Below, in pieces: positions 51,070 through 59,973 of a DNA stretch of 64,000 nt. Under the pieces are notes generated by a model. That model did not search any database. It was given only the letters and a program-made list of their open reading frames with translations, and had not been told where the DNA came from. How positions within the stretch are numbered: position 1 is the first letter of the stretch; every line of letters starts with the position of its first letter. The translations under genes were made by a program, and so were the position numbers. Origin of the DNA: Gammaproteobacteria bacterium (lineage in GTDB: Bacteria; Pseudomonadota; Gammaproteobacteria; Eutrophobiales; Eutrophobiaceae); contig JANQJZ010000015.1 in the NCBI GenBank assembly GCA_028281365.1, positions 13,879 to 77,878 of the forward strand. The letters are read 5' to 3'.

Positions 51070-51738
51070 TTAACGGGTTCGGGCAACGCGTGCACGTCGT
51101 TGATTAACATTTGCACGGTCACGAACATTTTCCCTTCTGTCCCTGACATCTTCCCGACGATCACGAACATCTTCCCGGCGGTCAGCAATATCTTCCCTCC
51201 TGTCTCTCACATCTTCACGTCGATCACGAACATCTTCCCTTCTATCCTGATACCATTCCCTTGTACCCGGCTCGTAATTTGTTCGTGCATCCCGGATATC
51301 TTCTCGACGATCGCGAATATCTTCACGTCGATCAGCCACATCCTCGCGACGATCTCTTATATCTTCGCGTCGATCAGCACGATCCTCCCGACGGTCGCGA
51401 ATATCCTCACGTTCGTCACGATTCAACCGACCATCGCCGTCATCATCAAAACGCTCAATTCGATTCTCGCGTCTAATTTCACGAACAGCTTGTCGTTCAT
51501 CCTGACTCAATCGCCCGTCACCATCTGTATCAGCACGTTCAAATCTTTCTGCTCGAGTCAGACGATCTGTATCTGTTGATTCATCATCTTCGGCGATTAC
51601 TGGTGAGCTAAGTGCAACACCTAATAGCAATATGCTTATTTTTTTTAAATTCTGTACTTGCATTGTTGTTATCCTCCTTACGGATATTCTGATTACAACT
51701 CTACTAACGCATGGGGTATCATTCGGTTGACAAAACAA
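51070..51738 (-). CDS. Secreted EF-hand calcium-binding protein with tandem DRREDxR heptad repeats. Probable start at the Met of MQVQNLKKISILLL near position 51663.
   Basis: Signal peptide. Two canonical EF-hand loops DTDGDGRLSQDE and DDDGDGRLNRDE. More than 14 tandem heptads (DRREDIR/DRREDVA...) encoded by 21-bp DNA repeats. Confidence 0.6.
   Translation of the reverse strand: MFCQPNDTPCVSRVVIRISVRRITTMQVQNLKKISILLLGVALSSPVIAEDDESTDTDRLTRAERFERADTDGDGRLSQDERQAVREIRRENRIERFDDDGDGRLNRDEREDIRDRREDRADRREDIRDRREDVADRREDIRDRREDIRDARTNYEPGTREWYQDRREDVRDRREDVRDRREDIADRREDVRDRREDVRDRRENVRDRANVNQRRARVARTR
51100..51460. repeat. Coding tandem repeat array with 21-bp periodicity inside the EF-hand protein gene.
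   Basis: Visible iterations of units like cgatcacgaacatcttcccg / cgatcagccacatcctcgcga. The plus-strand shadow ORF 51100..51579 translates as an NIFP-type repeat, which is an artefact of the same periodicity. Confidence 0.7.
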
Positions 51739-51867
51739 TTAAAAATGAAAGCCGGACTCAGTGTTGAAGAAACGGTTGAACAAATTAATGAACTTGAGGA
51801 GGAAATCCAAAAACAGGCCCCAACTGTTAAATGGTGTTTCATGGAACCGGATACTAAAATTTAATAA

Positions 51868-52353
51868 TTGATGAAGATCGTTTTATACATTGTAATAGGG
51901 TTGATAGTTGGCAGCATAGGTGGCTTTGGTGCTGGCATTATTGCCTTCCCCTATTTATTTCCTCCTCCACCTGTTAATGAACAGGTTGCTGATAAGGAAA
52001 CCAAACAAGTTGTTGCGACCGGGCAATTTATTCATGCAGATCCCTCTGACCCGGTACACTTTGGTGAAGGTGGTGTAACAATTTATAAAGACTTATTACA
52101 TCTCGAAGCTAACTTTAAGGTCGGTCCCGGCCCCAAGTATCATGTCTACCTTGTTCCTGATGGAAATATTACTCCGGATACCGATGTACAAAACACCATG
52201 TATGTCGATCTTGGCAGGTTAAAGGCATTTGAAGGTAGTCAGAATTATCCAATCCCCGAAGGGGTTAATTTAAGCAAATACCAATCCACTGTTGTCTGGT
52301 GTGAACAATTCAATGTTTTGATCTCGCCAGCAACGCTAGATTTCAAAAATTAA
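51868..52353 (+). CDS. DM13-domain-like protein with an N-terminal membrane anchor.
   Basis: 161 aa. N-terminal TM. The C-terminal region (FGEGGVTIYKD...HLEANFKVGPGPKYHVYLVPDG) resembles a DM13 beta-domain. Confidence 0.45.
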   Translation: MMKIVLYIVIGLIVGSIGGFGAGIIAFPYLFPPPPVNEQVADKETKQVVATGQFIHADPSDPVHFGEGGVTIYKDLLHLEANFKVGPGPKYHVYLVPDGNITPDTDVQNTMYVDLGRLKAFEGSQNYPIPEGVNLSKYQSTVVWCEQFNVLISPATLDFKN

Positions 52354-53333
52354 TTTATTAACACTGCAGCGCCCTGAACCTGACCCGAACGTAATTGTTC
52401 CAGAGCCTTATTCGCATCACTTAAAGGAAACGTCTGTGTTTCAGTCTTGACGGATATTTTATCCATCAGTTTTAAAAACTCTTCACCATCCCTGCGTGTT
52501 AAATTGGCTACCGATTTAACCGTTCGTTCCCCCCAAAGTATATCGTAGGGAAAACCTGGTATATCACTCATATGAATTCCGGCACAAACAACAATACCGC
52601 CTTTCTTGACTGCTTTTAGTGCTAATGGAACCAGTTCTCCTACAGGGGCATATAAAATAGCAGCATCTAATGGAACAGGTGCAGGCTTATTTGAATCACC
52701 TGCCCATTTTGCACCGAGTTGTTTAGCAAAGTTTTGGGCTTCTGCATCTCTAGGACTGGTAAACGCGTAGACTTCTTTTCCCTGTTGAATCGCTACCTGC
52801 GTAATAATATGTGCCGCTGCACCGAAACCATAGATACCAAGCCGTTGACTATCATTCGTCATTTTGTACGAGCGATAACCAATTAAACCGGCACAAAGCA
52901 AAGGTGCAACTTCAACATCATTCATCGCATTATTTAGAGGAAAAACAAAATGTTGATTTGCGATCGTGTATTCGGCAAATCCACCATCAATGTGATAACC
53001 GGTAAAGGATGCACTATTACACAGGTTTTCATTGTTACTTAAACAATACTCACATTTACCACAGGTAAAACCTAACCAGGGCACACCAACACGGTCACCC
53101 GTTTTTAAATCGTTAACTTCGTCTCCACAAGAAACCACATGACCAACTATTTCGTGGCCAGGGATCAAAGGCAGTTTGGGTTGCTTGAGATCACCGTCAC
53201 AGACATGTAGATCGGTTCGACAAACCGCACATGCAGAGATTTTAATTAAAACATCCTGTGTTCCAGGTTCGGGGATAGGACATTCATCAAGGACAAGAGG
53301 TTTGCCCTGTTCATGTAAGCGCATTGCTTTCAT
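52350..53333 (-). CDS. Zinc-dependent alcohol dehydrogenase, MDR family, AdhP-like.
   Basis: 327 aa. Catalytic Zn motif CAVCRTDLHV...GHEIVGHV. Structural Zn Cys cluster CGKCEYC. Rossmann GFGAAAH. Confidence 0.85.
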   Translation of the reverse strand: MKAMRLHEQGKPLVLDECPIPEPGTQDVLIKISACAVCRTDLHVCDGDLKQPKLPLIPGHEIVGHVVSCGDEVNDLKTGDRVGVPWLGFTCGKCEYCLSNNENLCNSASFTGYHIDGGFAEYTIANQHFVFPLNNAMNDVEVAPLLCAGLIGYRSYKMTNDSQRLGIYGFGAAAHIITQVAIQQGKEVYAFTSPRDAEAQNFAKQLGAKWAGDSNKPAPVPLDAAILYAPVGELVPLALKAVKKGGIVVCAGIHMSDIPGFPYDILWGERTVKSVANLTRRDGEEFLKLMDKISVKTETQTFPLSDANKALEQLRSGQVQGAAVLIN

Positions 53334-53456
53334 TAGAGCTTAATAATATTTCGTTATACTGTTAAGATGATATATATATCTTTATCAAGATCAAAGGGCT
53401 TTCAATTTCTGGTACAAATTAACTGACTGCCCTAATTAGGTGACATTTTAAAAGGT

Positions 53457-53804
53457 ATGAATATGGCTTCAGAAAATAACTCAAATGATATGCGGGACAA
53501 GGGTCGAGTCCAGGCCATGATCGATATTTCGACCTATATTGATAACAAAAAACTCGATACCTATATGCGTAATTTGTCCTGTAGCGGGATTATGATTGTT
53601 GATGACCCTGATACAGACTATGAACCTGGTCGGGAATGTAAGATAGCGATACCTCTGGATGAATCAAGAAGCATAGAACTGGATGCAAAAATTGTATGGC
53701 GAAAAGATGGTCTGGTTGGACTCAATTTTCCCAACATAGATGAATCAGCATCATCAAATTTAAATCAATTAATATTGAGACAAATCAATAATCCATCCAG
53801 CTAG
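53457..53804 (+). CDS. Stand-alone PilZ-domain c-di-GMP receptor.
   Basis: 115 aa. PilZ motifs RDKGR (RxxxR) and NLSCSG (D/NxSxxG) at the expected spacing. Confidence 0.7.
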   Translation: MNMASENNSNDMRDKGRVQAMIDISTYIDNKKLDTYMRNLSCSGIMIVDDPDTDYEPGRECKIAIPLDESRSIELDAKIVWRKDGLVGLNFPNIDESASSNLNQLILRQINNPSS

Positions 53805-53908
53805 TAACATTATTTAATATCTTTGTTCATCATATGGTTTGCCGCTTGTATAAATGATGACATCCAACACGCTCAAACGCTGTTTCCAGTCGGTAGACTT
53901 TTGCTTCT

Positions 53909-54388
53909 CTATTCATCCTCAATTATGACCTGCATCCCTGTTTCAACTATATTAAATAATTCAATCATGTCTTCGTTTTGCATACGTATACAGCCACGCG
54001 ATCCGGGCTTACCCATTTCTACATCATCCGGGGCACCATGGATATAGATGTAACGATCATGACTATCGACACTACCACCTTTATTCTTCCCTTCTTCAGT
54101 ACCGCTTAACCAGAGTATGCGTGTTAGTATCCAGTCCCTTTCCGGGTGCAATTCTCGCAATGCCGGCTCATAGATTTCACCAGTAGGTATCCGGCCGACA
54201 AAAACAGAATTAATTTCACAGCCTTCACCAATTTTCTCGGAAATTATATGCGCACCACGTGGTGTACATTCACTGTCCATGGCTTCACCTACACCATTTT
54301 TCGCTGTTGATATGGAATATTTTTTTAATTGTTTATTATCTTCAAACAATATCAATGTTTGATCATTAATTGAAACTTCTATGTGCAT
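53909..54388 (-). CDS. L,D-transpeptidase, YkuD domain.
   Basis: 159 aa. Catalytic motif HGAP...GSRGCIRM. Confidence 0.8.
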   Translation of the reverse strand: MHIEVSINDQTLILFEDNKQLKKYSISTAKNGVGEAMDSECTPRGAHIISEKIGEGCEINSVFVGRIPTGEIYEPALRELHPERDWILTRILWLSGTEEGKNKGGSVDSHDRYIYIHGAPDDVEMGKPGSRGCIRMQNEDMIELFNIVETGMQVIIEDE

Positions 54389-54393
54389 AATAA

Positions 54394-55902
54394 TTAGTGA
54401 ATTATTCTCTTTACATTATTTAATGAATCAAAATTACCATCCATATCGGGGGCATAGCCCTGTATATCATCACGCATCGCCAATACATTATCTTCATACC
54501 ATAATGGTACATAGGGAATCGTCTCAATTAAATACTTCTGCAAGTCTCGATAATAGTCTGCCTGTTTCGTTAATGATAATTCTGTTTCCGCTGACTCAAT
54601 CAATAAATCAACATTGGCATCGATAAAACGTCCGCGGTTTGCGCCATTTGGCGGTACAGAACTACTATGAAAGACATAACGAAAGATATCCGGCATATTT
54701 AACCCCACCCAGGATAAGCTATAGAGTTGAAAACGACCCGCTTTGATATCCCCATAGAAAGTCCCCCAGTCATAACTTCTGATATCGACATCAATTCCTA
54801 CATCTTTTAATTGTTGCTGGATAATTGTTGCCAAGCGAAGTCGAAAAGAATTATTTGACGTTTTATAGACCAGTTTCAATCGTTTTGTTTCATCATATCC
54901 CTGTTGTTTGAGTAACTCTCTTGACTTATCGGGATCAAAATCAATACCCGTTAAAGATGGATTACCCGCCCAGTGGTTGGGTGGTAATATGGCACCAGCA
55001 AGCCGCGCGGCTTCCCCCATAACATATTTGATAATCAATTGGCGATCGATGGCATGGGCAATAGCTTGTCTAATATTTAAATTACCTGTTTTCCTGTCTT
55101 CAAGATTAAAACCAATATAGGTAAATGTGTTTCCCTGTTTACGTTTTACAATAATCGATTGCTTATCATCCAGCCATTTAACGATTTCAGGTGGAATATT
55201 ACCTTGCAGTAAATCGATCTCTCCACGTAACAACTTTAATACCCGTACAGTGGGATCTTTTAAAGTAATAAATTTAAAGAGTTGGTTATCATCAAGACGT
55301 AGTAAATGTATTTGATCATCATCTTGCCATTCAGCAAAGCGCATTGGACCGCTACCGATAGGTTGGCGGCTAAAATCATGTCCATCTGAAATTAATTTAC
55401 CGGGCAAAATACCGATAACCAATCGACCAGGGAAAAGGGGATCGGGTTGGGATAACTTAAAATCGATCGTATTGTCATCAATGACTTCCATAGTATCAAT
55501 CATCTGCACAGAACCACGGTGCGGAGAAATTGTTGTAGTATCTAATACTGTTTCGTAGGTTTTTTTGACATCGTTTGCTGTTAGTTCCGAACCATCATGA
55601 AATGTTCTGAATTTATCTAATAAATAAAAACGATAATGATCCGGTGCCAGTTGTTCCCAGCGGGCAAGATCAGGCACCACCTGGAATTGTTCGTCAAAAT
55701 CGATCAGGCTTTTATAGATTAAACGTGATAATCGATAGGACACAGCATCGGTGGCATAACGTGGATCAAGTGTGACTGGTGCGGTGTTTAGTCCAAAATT
55801 AATACTGCTTCGATCTAATTCAGTACAGGCATTAATAAAGATTAGACAACAAAAACTTAATAGAACCGCTAGTTTTTTCATTAACAATTTAATATAGCGC
55901 AT
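54394..55902 (-). CDS. ABC transporter substrate-binding lipoprotein, family 5, peptide/nickel type.
   Basis: 502 aa. Signal with lipobox-like FINAC. SBP_bac_5 architecture. Confidence 0.85.
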   Translation of the reverse strand: MRYIKLLMKKLAVLLSFCCLIFINACTELDRSSINFGLNTAPVTLDPRYATDAVSYRLSRLIYKSLIDFDEQFQVVPDLARWEQLAPDHYRFYLLDKFRTFHDGSELTANDVKKTYETVLDTTTISPHRGSVQMIDTMEVIDDNTIDFKLSQPDPLFPGRLVIGILPGKLISDGHDFSRQPIGSGPMRFAEWQDDDQIHLLRLDDNQLFKFITLKDPTVRVLKLLRGEIDLLQGNIPPEIVKWLDDKQSIIVKRKQGNTFTYIGFNLEDRKTGNLNIRQAIAHAIDRQLIIKYVMGEAARLAGAILPPNHWAGNPSLTGIDFDPDKSRELLKQQGYDETKRLKLVYKTSNNSFRLRLATIIQQQLKDVGIDVDIRSYDWGTFYGDIKAGRFQLYSLSWVGLNMPDIFRYVFHSSSVPPNGANRGRFIDANVDLLIESAETELSLTKQADYYRDLQKYLIETIPYVPLWYEDNVLAMRDDIQGYAPDMDGNFDSLNNVKRIIH

Positions 55903-56020
55903 GCATAGAGATTTTATTCTAAGACGAGGCGAAAATGCGCACAGCGGCGGAGTTTATATCTAATAAATGAGCAAGCGAGCACATTTTCAACGAAGTATGA
56001 GAATAAAATATCATGCATGC
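55899..56020. repeat. Imperfect inverted-repeat element of about 122 bp, with 22-bp arms and a 78-bp spacer, between rlmD and the SBP gene.
   Basis: Left arm GCATGCATAGAGATTTTATTCT (55899-55920) and right arm GAGAATAAAATATCATGCATGC (55999-56020). The arms are reverse complements except for a 3-4 nt internal mismatch. They overlap the SBP start codon and the rlmD stop codon. Confidence 0.55.
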
Positions 56021-57348
56021 TACTTAATAAATAATGCAATAGATTCAACATGAGTAGTATGAGGGAACATATCCATCACACCGGCTTGTTTCAATTCAAA
56101 CCCTCTTTCATGTACCAATATTCCTGCATCACGTGCTAATGTTGCCGGGTTACAAGAGACGTAAACAATTCGTTTTGTTTTGTTTAAATTGATTGCTGAT
56201 AGTATCTCTTTGGCACCGGTTCGTGCGGGGTCGAGTAATATCTTGTCATACTCTTTATTCATAAACGGGTAAGGTTCTTCGACTTTAAATAGATCAGCAA
56301 CATGAAATTCGACATTAGCAATATTATTTTTCTTTGCATTATTCCTTGCACGGTCAACCAAACCTTTATCACCTTCGGTACCAACAACTGTCTTTGCCTT
56401 ACGTGCCAATGGTAAGGTAAAGTTCCCAACACCACAAAATAGATCCAGTATCTCTTCATCTTTTCCAGGTTCAAGTAATTCAATCGCCATATTGATCATA
56501 GATTTATTAATATCGATATTAATCTGGGTAAAGTCAGTTGGTTTAAAATAGATCCTTACATCATGATCCTGTAATTCATAAAATAAACCTTCATTGATAT
56601 TATCATCAAGTCTATGAACACTGTCATAACCTTCCGGTTGTAAATAAATCCTGAAATTATGTTTCTGTTCAAACTCTGTTAATTGTTTTAAATCACTATC
56701 TGTTAAAGGCTTAAGATGACGAAAAACTAATGCTGTGCCGTTATCACTCACAGCCACCTCAATCTGTGGTATCTGATTATAGATAGAAAGGTTTTCTATT
56801 AACTGCTGTAGCTCCAGTAACTTAGTACCGATAGTCGGATGTAAGACTTTACATTCATCAATATCCGCAACAAATGGACTACGTTTTTCACGGAAACCAA
56901 CCAGTACCTTTTCTTTTTTTATGACATGTTTAACTGCGAGTCGTGCTTTATGCCGATACCCAAACACTGAGCCGACTAATGGTGGCAAGACAGTTTCCGG
57001 TTCGACCTTGCCAAGATGATTAAATTGTTCCATTAGAACAGCTTGTTTATGTTGTAACTGTGCCTGTGGTTGCATATGTTGCAGACTACATCCACCACAA
57101 TAACCAAAGTATTCACACTCCGGTTCATTGCGCGATCCATTCGATTTAATAATACTTCCCGTAACGCCTTCATCAAATTTTGAACGTTTACTGATATAGT
57201 TGAACTCAACTTGCTCATTAGCAAGTGCGCCATCAATGAATACTGTCTTGCCATCGATATGTGCAACACCCCGACCCTCATGTGATAAGGATTCTATTTC
57301 AGCAAGGAATAGACCTTGTGGGATCTTGTTACGACGACGTCTACCCAT
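56020..57348 (-). CDS. rlmD: 23S rRNA (uracil1939-C5)-methyltransferase RlmD (RumA).
   Basis: 442 aa. N-terminal TRAM domain. 4Fe-4S Cys cluster CEYFGYCGGCSLQH. SAM-MTase motifs DLFCGVGNF and the catalytic Cys region VYVSCNP. Confidence 0.9.
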   Translation of the reverse strand: MGRRRRNKIPQGLFLAEIESLSHEGRGVAHIDGKTVFIDGALANEQVEFNYISKRSKFDEGVTGSIIKSNGSRNEPECEYFGYCGGCSLQHMQPQAQLQHKQAVLMEQFNHLGKVEPETVLPPLVGSVFGYRHKARLAVKHVIKKEKVLVGFREKRSPFVADIDECKVLHPTIGTKLLELQQLIENLSIYNQIPQIEVAVSDNGTALVFRHLKPLTDSDLKQLTEFEQKHNFRIYLQPEGYDSVHRLDDNINEGLFYELQDHDVRIYFKPTDFTQINIDINKSMINMAIELLEPGKDEEILDLFCGVGNFTLPLARKAKTVVGTEGDKGLVDRARNNAKKNNIANVEFHVADLFKVEEPYPFMNKEYDKILLDPARTGAKEILSAINLNKTKRIVYVSCNPATLARDAGILVHERGFELKQAGVMDMFPHTTHVESIALFIK

Positions 57349-57365
57349 AGATAAATAAACTAGAT

Positions 57366-58142
57366 TTAGCCTTGCCAGGCATCGAGAAATTCTTTCAAGT
57401 GTGGCTTATTTTCACTTTTTAACATGTCACGGACTTGATCATTGGCATCCTGATATGCATTTTCAGTTAAACGACCACGTATTAATTCATAACGCAGATA
57501 AACGAGATAGGTATTTAATACATCCGTTTCGCAGTAATTACGTATTGCTTCTATTTCACCAGCAACAAAACAGTCCCACACCTTGTCACCACTCATCCCC
57601 ATCTTGCCCGGGAAACCCAATATCGTTGCGATTTGATCCAATGGTGCTTTAGCAGTTGGCATATATCCCGATAACACATCCATTAAATCGGTATGGCGAC
57701 TGTGAAAGCGCGATAAATAATTATTCCATTTAAAACTCTGATCATCATCACCATTCTCCCAATAGCGTTGTGCAACAACACCATGTAACAGCGAACGATA
57801 ATGTAATACCGGCAGATCAAACCCACTACCGTTCCATGACACAATCGTTGGTGTGTAACGTTCAATGCCCTCAAAGAATCGATGAATGATTTCTTTTTCA
57901 TCGGCATCGACATCACCCAAAGACCAGACTTTTAACGTATCGTTGGTTTTTAAGACAACAGATATCGCAACGATCTGATGCAGATGGAGTCTTAAAAATT
58001 CAGAATTGCCATCTGTCTCCTGCCGGCGATGACTGAACATTAATTCAGCTGCATCTTCGGCTTCCAGACCATCCAGATTATAAAGTTTTTTACCCGACTC
58101 AATATCCGGCACGGTTTCAATATCGAAAACTAGAATATTCAT
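57366..58142 (-). CDS. Predicted 3'-5' exonuclease, RNase H-like fold, PolB exonuclease-domain-related.
   Basis: 258 aa. N-terminal MNILVFDIETVPD (Exo I DxE motif). Later acidic motifs (NGSGFDLPVL, YCETDVLNTY) resemble DEDD-type Exo II and III. Confidence 0.6.
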   Translation of the reverse strand: MNILVFDIETVPDIESGKKLYNLDGLEAEDAAELMFSHRRQETDGNSEFLRLHLHQIVAISVVLKTNDTLKVWSLGDVDADEKEIIHRFFEGIERYTPTIVSWNGSGFDLPVLHYRSLLHGVVAQRYWENGDDDQSFKWNNYLSRFHSRHTDLMDVLSGYMPTAKAPLDQIATILGFPGKMGMSGDKVWDCFVAGEIEAIRNYCETDVLNTYLVYLRYELIRGRLTENAYQDANDQVRDMLKSENKPHLKEFLDAWQG

Positions 58143-58179
58143 TTTTTAATAAAGGTCTTTAATCAGTCAGAAGCGAATA

Positions 58180-58509
58180 TTAAGATTTTTGTCTATTTTG
58201 CATATATACGAAAATAAAACATGAAGAAACGGCTAATATAAAGTAGATAAAAAACTTGTAAATGTATCTAAGCCAAAATTCCTTATAAGTTGTACCATTG
58301 ATTACAGATTGAAACCTTGAAACGTTAGCAACTCTATCGGCTAGATATTCTTGAGCTTCTTTATATGGCATATCATTTACTTTATTCCATTCAACTTGAG
58401 CGACGTAAATAGTACCGCCACTGAATATAAAATATTCAATAGAAGCTATAACTAACGCAGAAAGAAAACTAGCAATAAGTAAATTTCTTTTGTTATTTGT
58501 GATTCCCAT
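58180..58509 (-). CDS. Hypothetical small membrane protein.
   Basis: 109 aa with two TM helices and no recognisable family. Confidence 0.35.
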   Translation of the reverse strand: MGITNNKRNLLIASFLSALVIASIEYFIFSGGTIYVAQVEWNKVNDMPYKEAQEYLADRVANVSRFQSVINGTTYKEFWLRYIYKFFIYFILAVSSCFIFVYMQNRQKS

Positions 58510-58553
58510 ATGTAATTGGTTGGAGTGTCTGCTTTGGGTCGTTAGCGGAAAAA

Positions 58554-59525
58554 TTAACTCGGAAAAACATTCGTAGAAAGATAACGATCTCCACGATCAC
58601 AGACAATCGAAACAATCACCGCATTTTCAACTTCATTAGATAACTGCAATGCGGCGGCCATTGCACCACCGGATGAGATACCGGCAAAGATGCCTTCCTG
58701 GGCACCGAGTTCTCGGGTGGTTTTTTCCGCGAGTTCCTGACCGACATCGATAATGCGATCGACACGAGGTGGTTCGTAAATCTTAGGTAAGTATTCTTCT
58801 GGCCACCGACGAATGCCGGGTATCTTGGCACCGTCTTCCGGCTGTACACCGATGATCTGAATATCCGGATTTACTTCTTTAAAAAAACGGGATGACCCCA
58901 TGATCGTACCCGTCGTGCCCATTGAACTGACGAAGTGGGTAATTTTGCCATTGGTATCGCGCCAGATTTCCGGACCTGTTCCTTCATAATGTGAACGTGG
59001 GTTATCCGGGTTGGCAAATTGATCCAGAATACGTCCCTTACCATCGGCTTCCATTTCACGCGAGACATCGATCGCTTCTTCCATACTGCCTTCTTCTGAT
59101 GTTAATACGATCTCGGCACCAAAGGCTTTCATCACTGCACGGCGTTCAAGACTCATACTTTCCGGCATAATTAAAATCATTTTATAGCCACGTATCGCTG
59201 CAGCCATTGCCAGGGCAATACCTGTATTACCACTGGTTGCTTCTATAAGTGTATCGCCCGGTTTAATCTCGCCTCTTTCTTCTGCATGTTTAATCATGCT
59301 AATCGCAGGTCGGTCTTTAACCGAACCTGCCGGATTATTACCTTCCAGTTTGGCAAGAATGATATTACTTGTATCGCCCGGTAAGCGTTGCAATCGAACT
59401 AATGGTGTATTACCGACATAGGATTCCAGCGTTGGAAAGTCGGGTAATGAATTGATATTGATATCTGCTTTTTTCGTACTCATTTTCAGGTACTCATAGC
59501 TCTCCCGTAATAACTGTTCTTGCAA
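58554..59525 (-). CDS. cysM: Cysteine synthase B, O-acetylserine sulfhydrylase, with a roughly 20-aa N-terminal extension. The probable start is an internal Met near 59483.
   Basis: Near-collinear with E. coli CysM (VGNTPLVRLQRL...LEGNNPAGSVKDRPA...TSGNTGIALAMAAA...HFVSSMGTTGTI...GIRRWPEEYLP...DRGDRYLST). The first annotated Met would overlap rimI by 32 nt. Confidence 0.9.
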   Translation of the reverse strand: MQEQLLRESYEYLKMSTKKADININSLPDFPTLESYVGNTPLVRLQRLPGDTSNIILAKLEGNNPAGSVKDRPAISMIKHAEERGEIKPGDTLIEATSGNTGIALAMAAAIRGYKMILIMPESMSLERRAVMKAFGAEIVLTSEEGSMEEAIDVSREMEADGKGRILDQFANPDNPRSHYEGTGPEIWRDTNGKITHFVSSMGTTGTIMGSSRFFKEVNPDIQIIGVQPEDGAKIPGIRRWPEEYLPKIYEPPRVDRIIDVGQELAEKTTRELGAQEGIFAGISSGGAMAAALQLSNEVENAVIVSIVCDRGDRYLSTNVFPS

Positions 59526-59973
59526 ATATTAAAGCATCTTCACGCCCGATCTTTGCAGGATAGTAATTTCGTCGTGTTCCAATTTCATCAAAGCCTGTAT
59601 CTAAATATAGCTTTATTGCCGCAAAGTTGGATGGCCTGACTTCGAGAAATGTCATATTTGCATTATGGTCATGTGCAACCTCAAGTAAATGCATTAGTAA
59701 TGTTCTACCAATACCAATAGATTGAAAATCCGGGTGTACACATAAGTTAAGTATATGCGATTCACCGACCGCGACTGACATCACGCCATAAGCAATTAAC
59801 TGGTTATCGCGCTCCAGCACCCAACAACAATAACCCACGCGAAGACAGTCCTGAAAAATGGTCTTTGTCCATGGGAAATCATAGGCACGGGTTTCTATAG
59901 CCAATACATTTTGCAAGTCTTCTTCCTGCATTGGACGGACATAGAACTCTGCTTCCTTGATTACTGCACTCAT
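59494..59973 (-). CDS. rimI: Ribosomal-protein-alanine N-acetyltransferase RimI.
   Basis: 159 aa GNAT. Acetyl-CoA motif QSIGIGRTLL. 4-nt overlap with the UDG gene. Confidence 0.85.
   Translation of the reverse strand: MSAVIKEAEFYVRPMQEEDLQNVLAIETRAYDFPWTKTIFQDCLRVGYCCWVLERDNQLIAYGVMSVAVGESHILNLCVHPDFQSIGIGRTLLMHLLEVAHDHNANMTFLEVRPSNFAAIKLYLDTGFDEIGTRRNYYPAKIGREDALIFARTVITGEL

Noticed and set aside
51100-51579. 159-aa plus-strand ORF translating as an ...NIFP...NIFP... repeat.
   Set aside because: It is a mirror artefact of the 21-bp tandem repeat that encodes DRREDxR heptads on the minus strand. The minus-strand frame has a signal peptide and EF-hand loops.
53805-53908. Possible intrinsic terminator hairpin (TTCATCAT...ATGATGA) between the PilZ gene and the L,D-transpeptidase gene.
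   Set aside because: The stem is only 7 bp with a 20-nt loop and no clear U tract. This is too weak to call.
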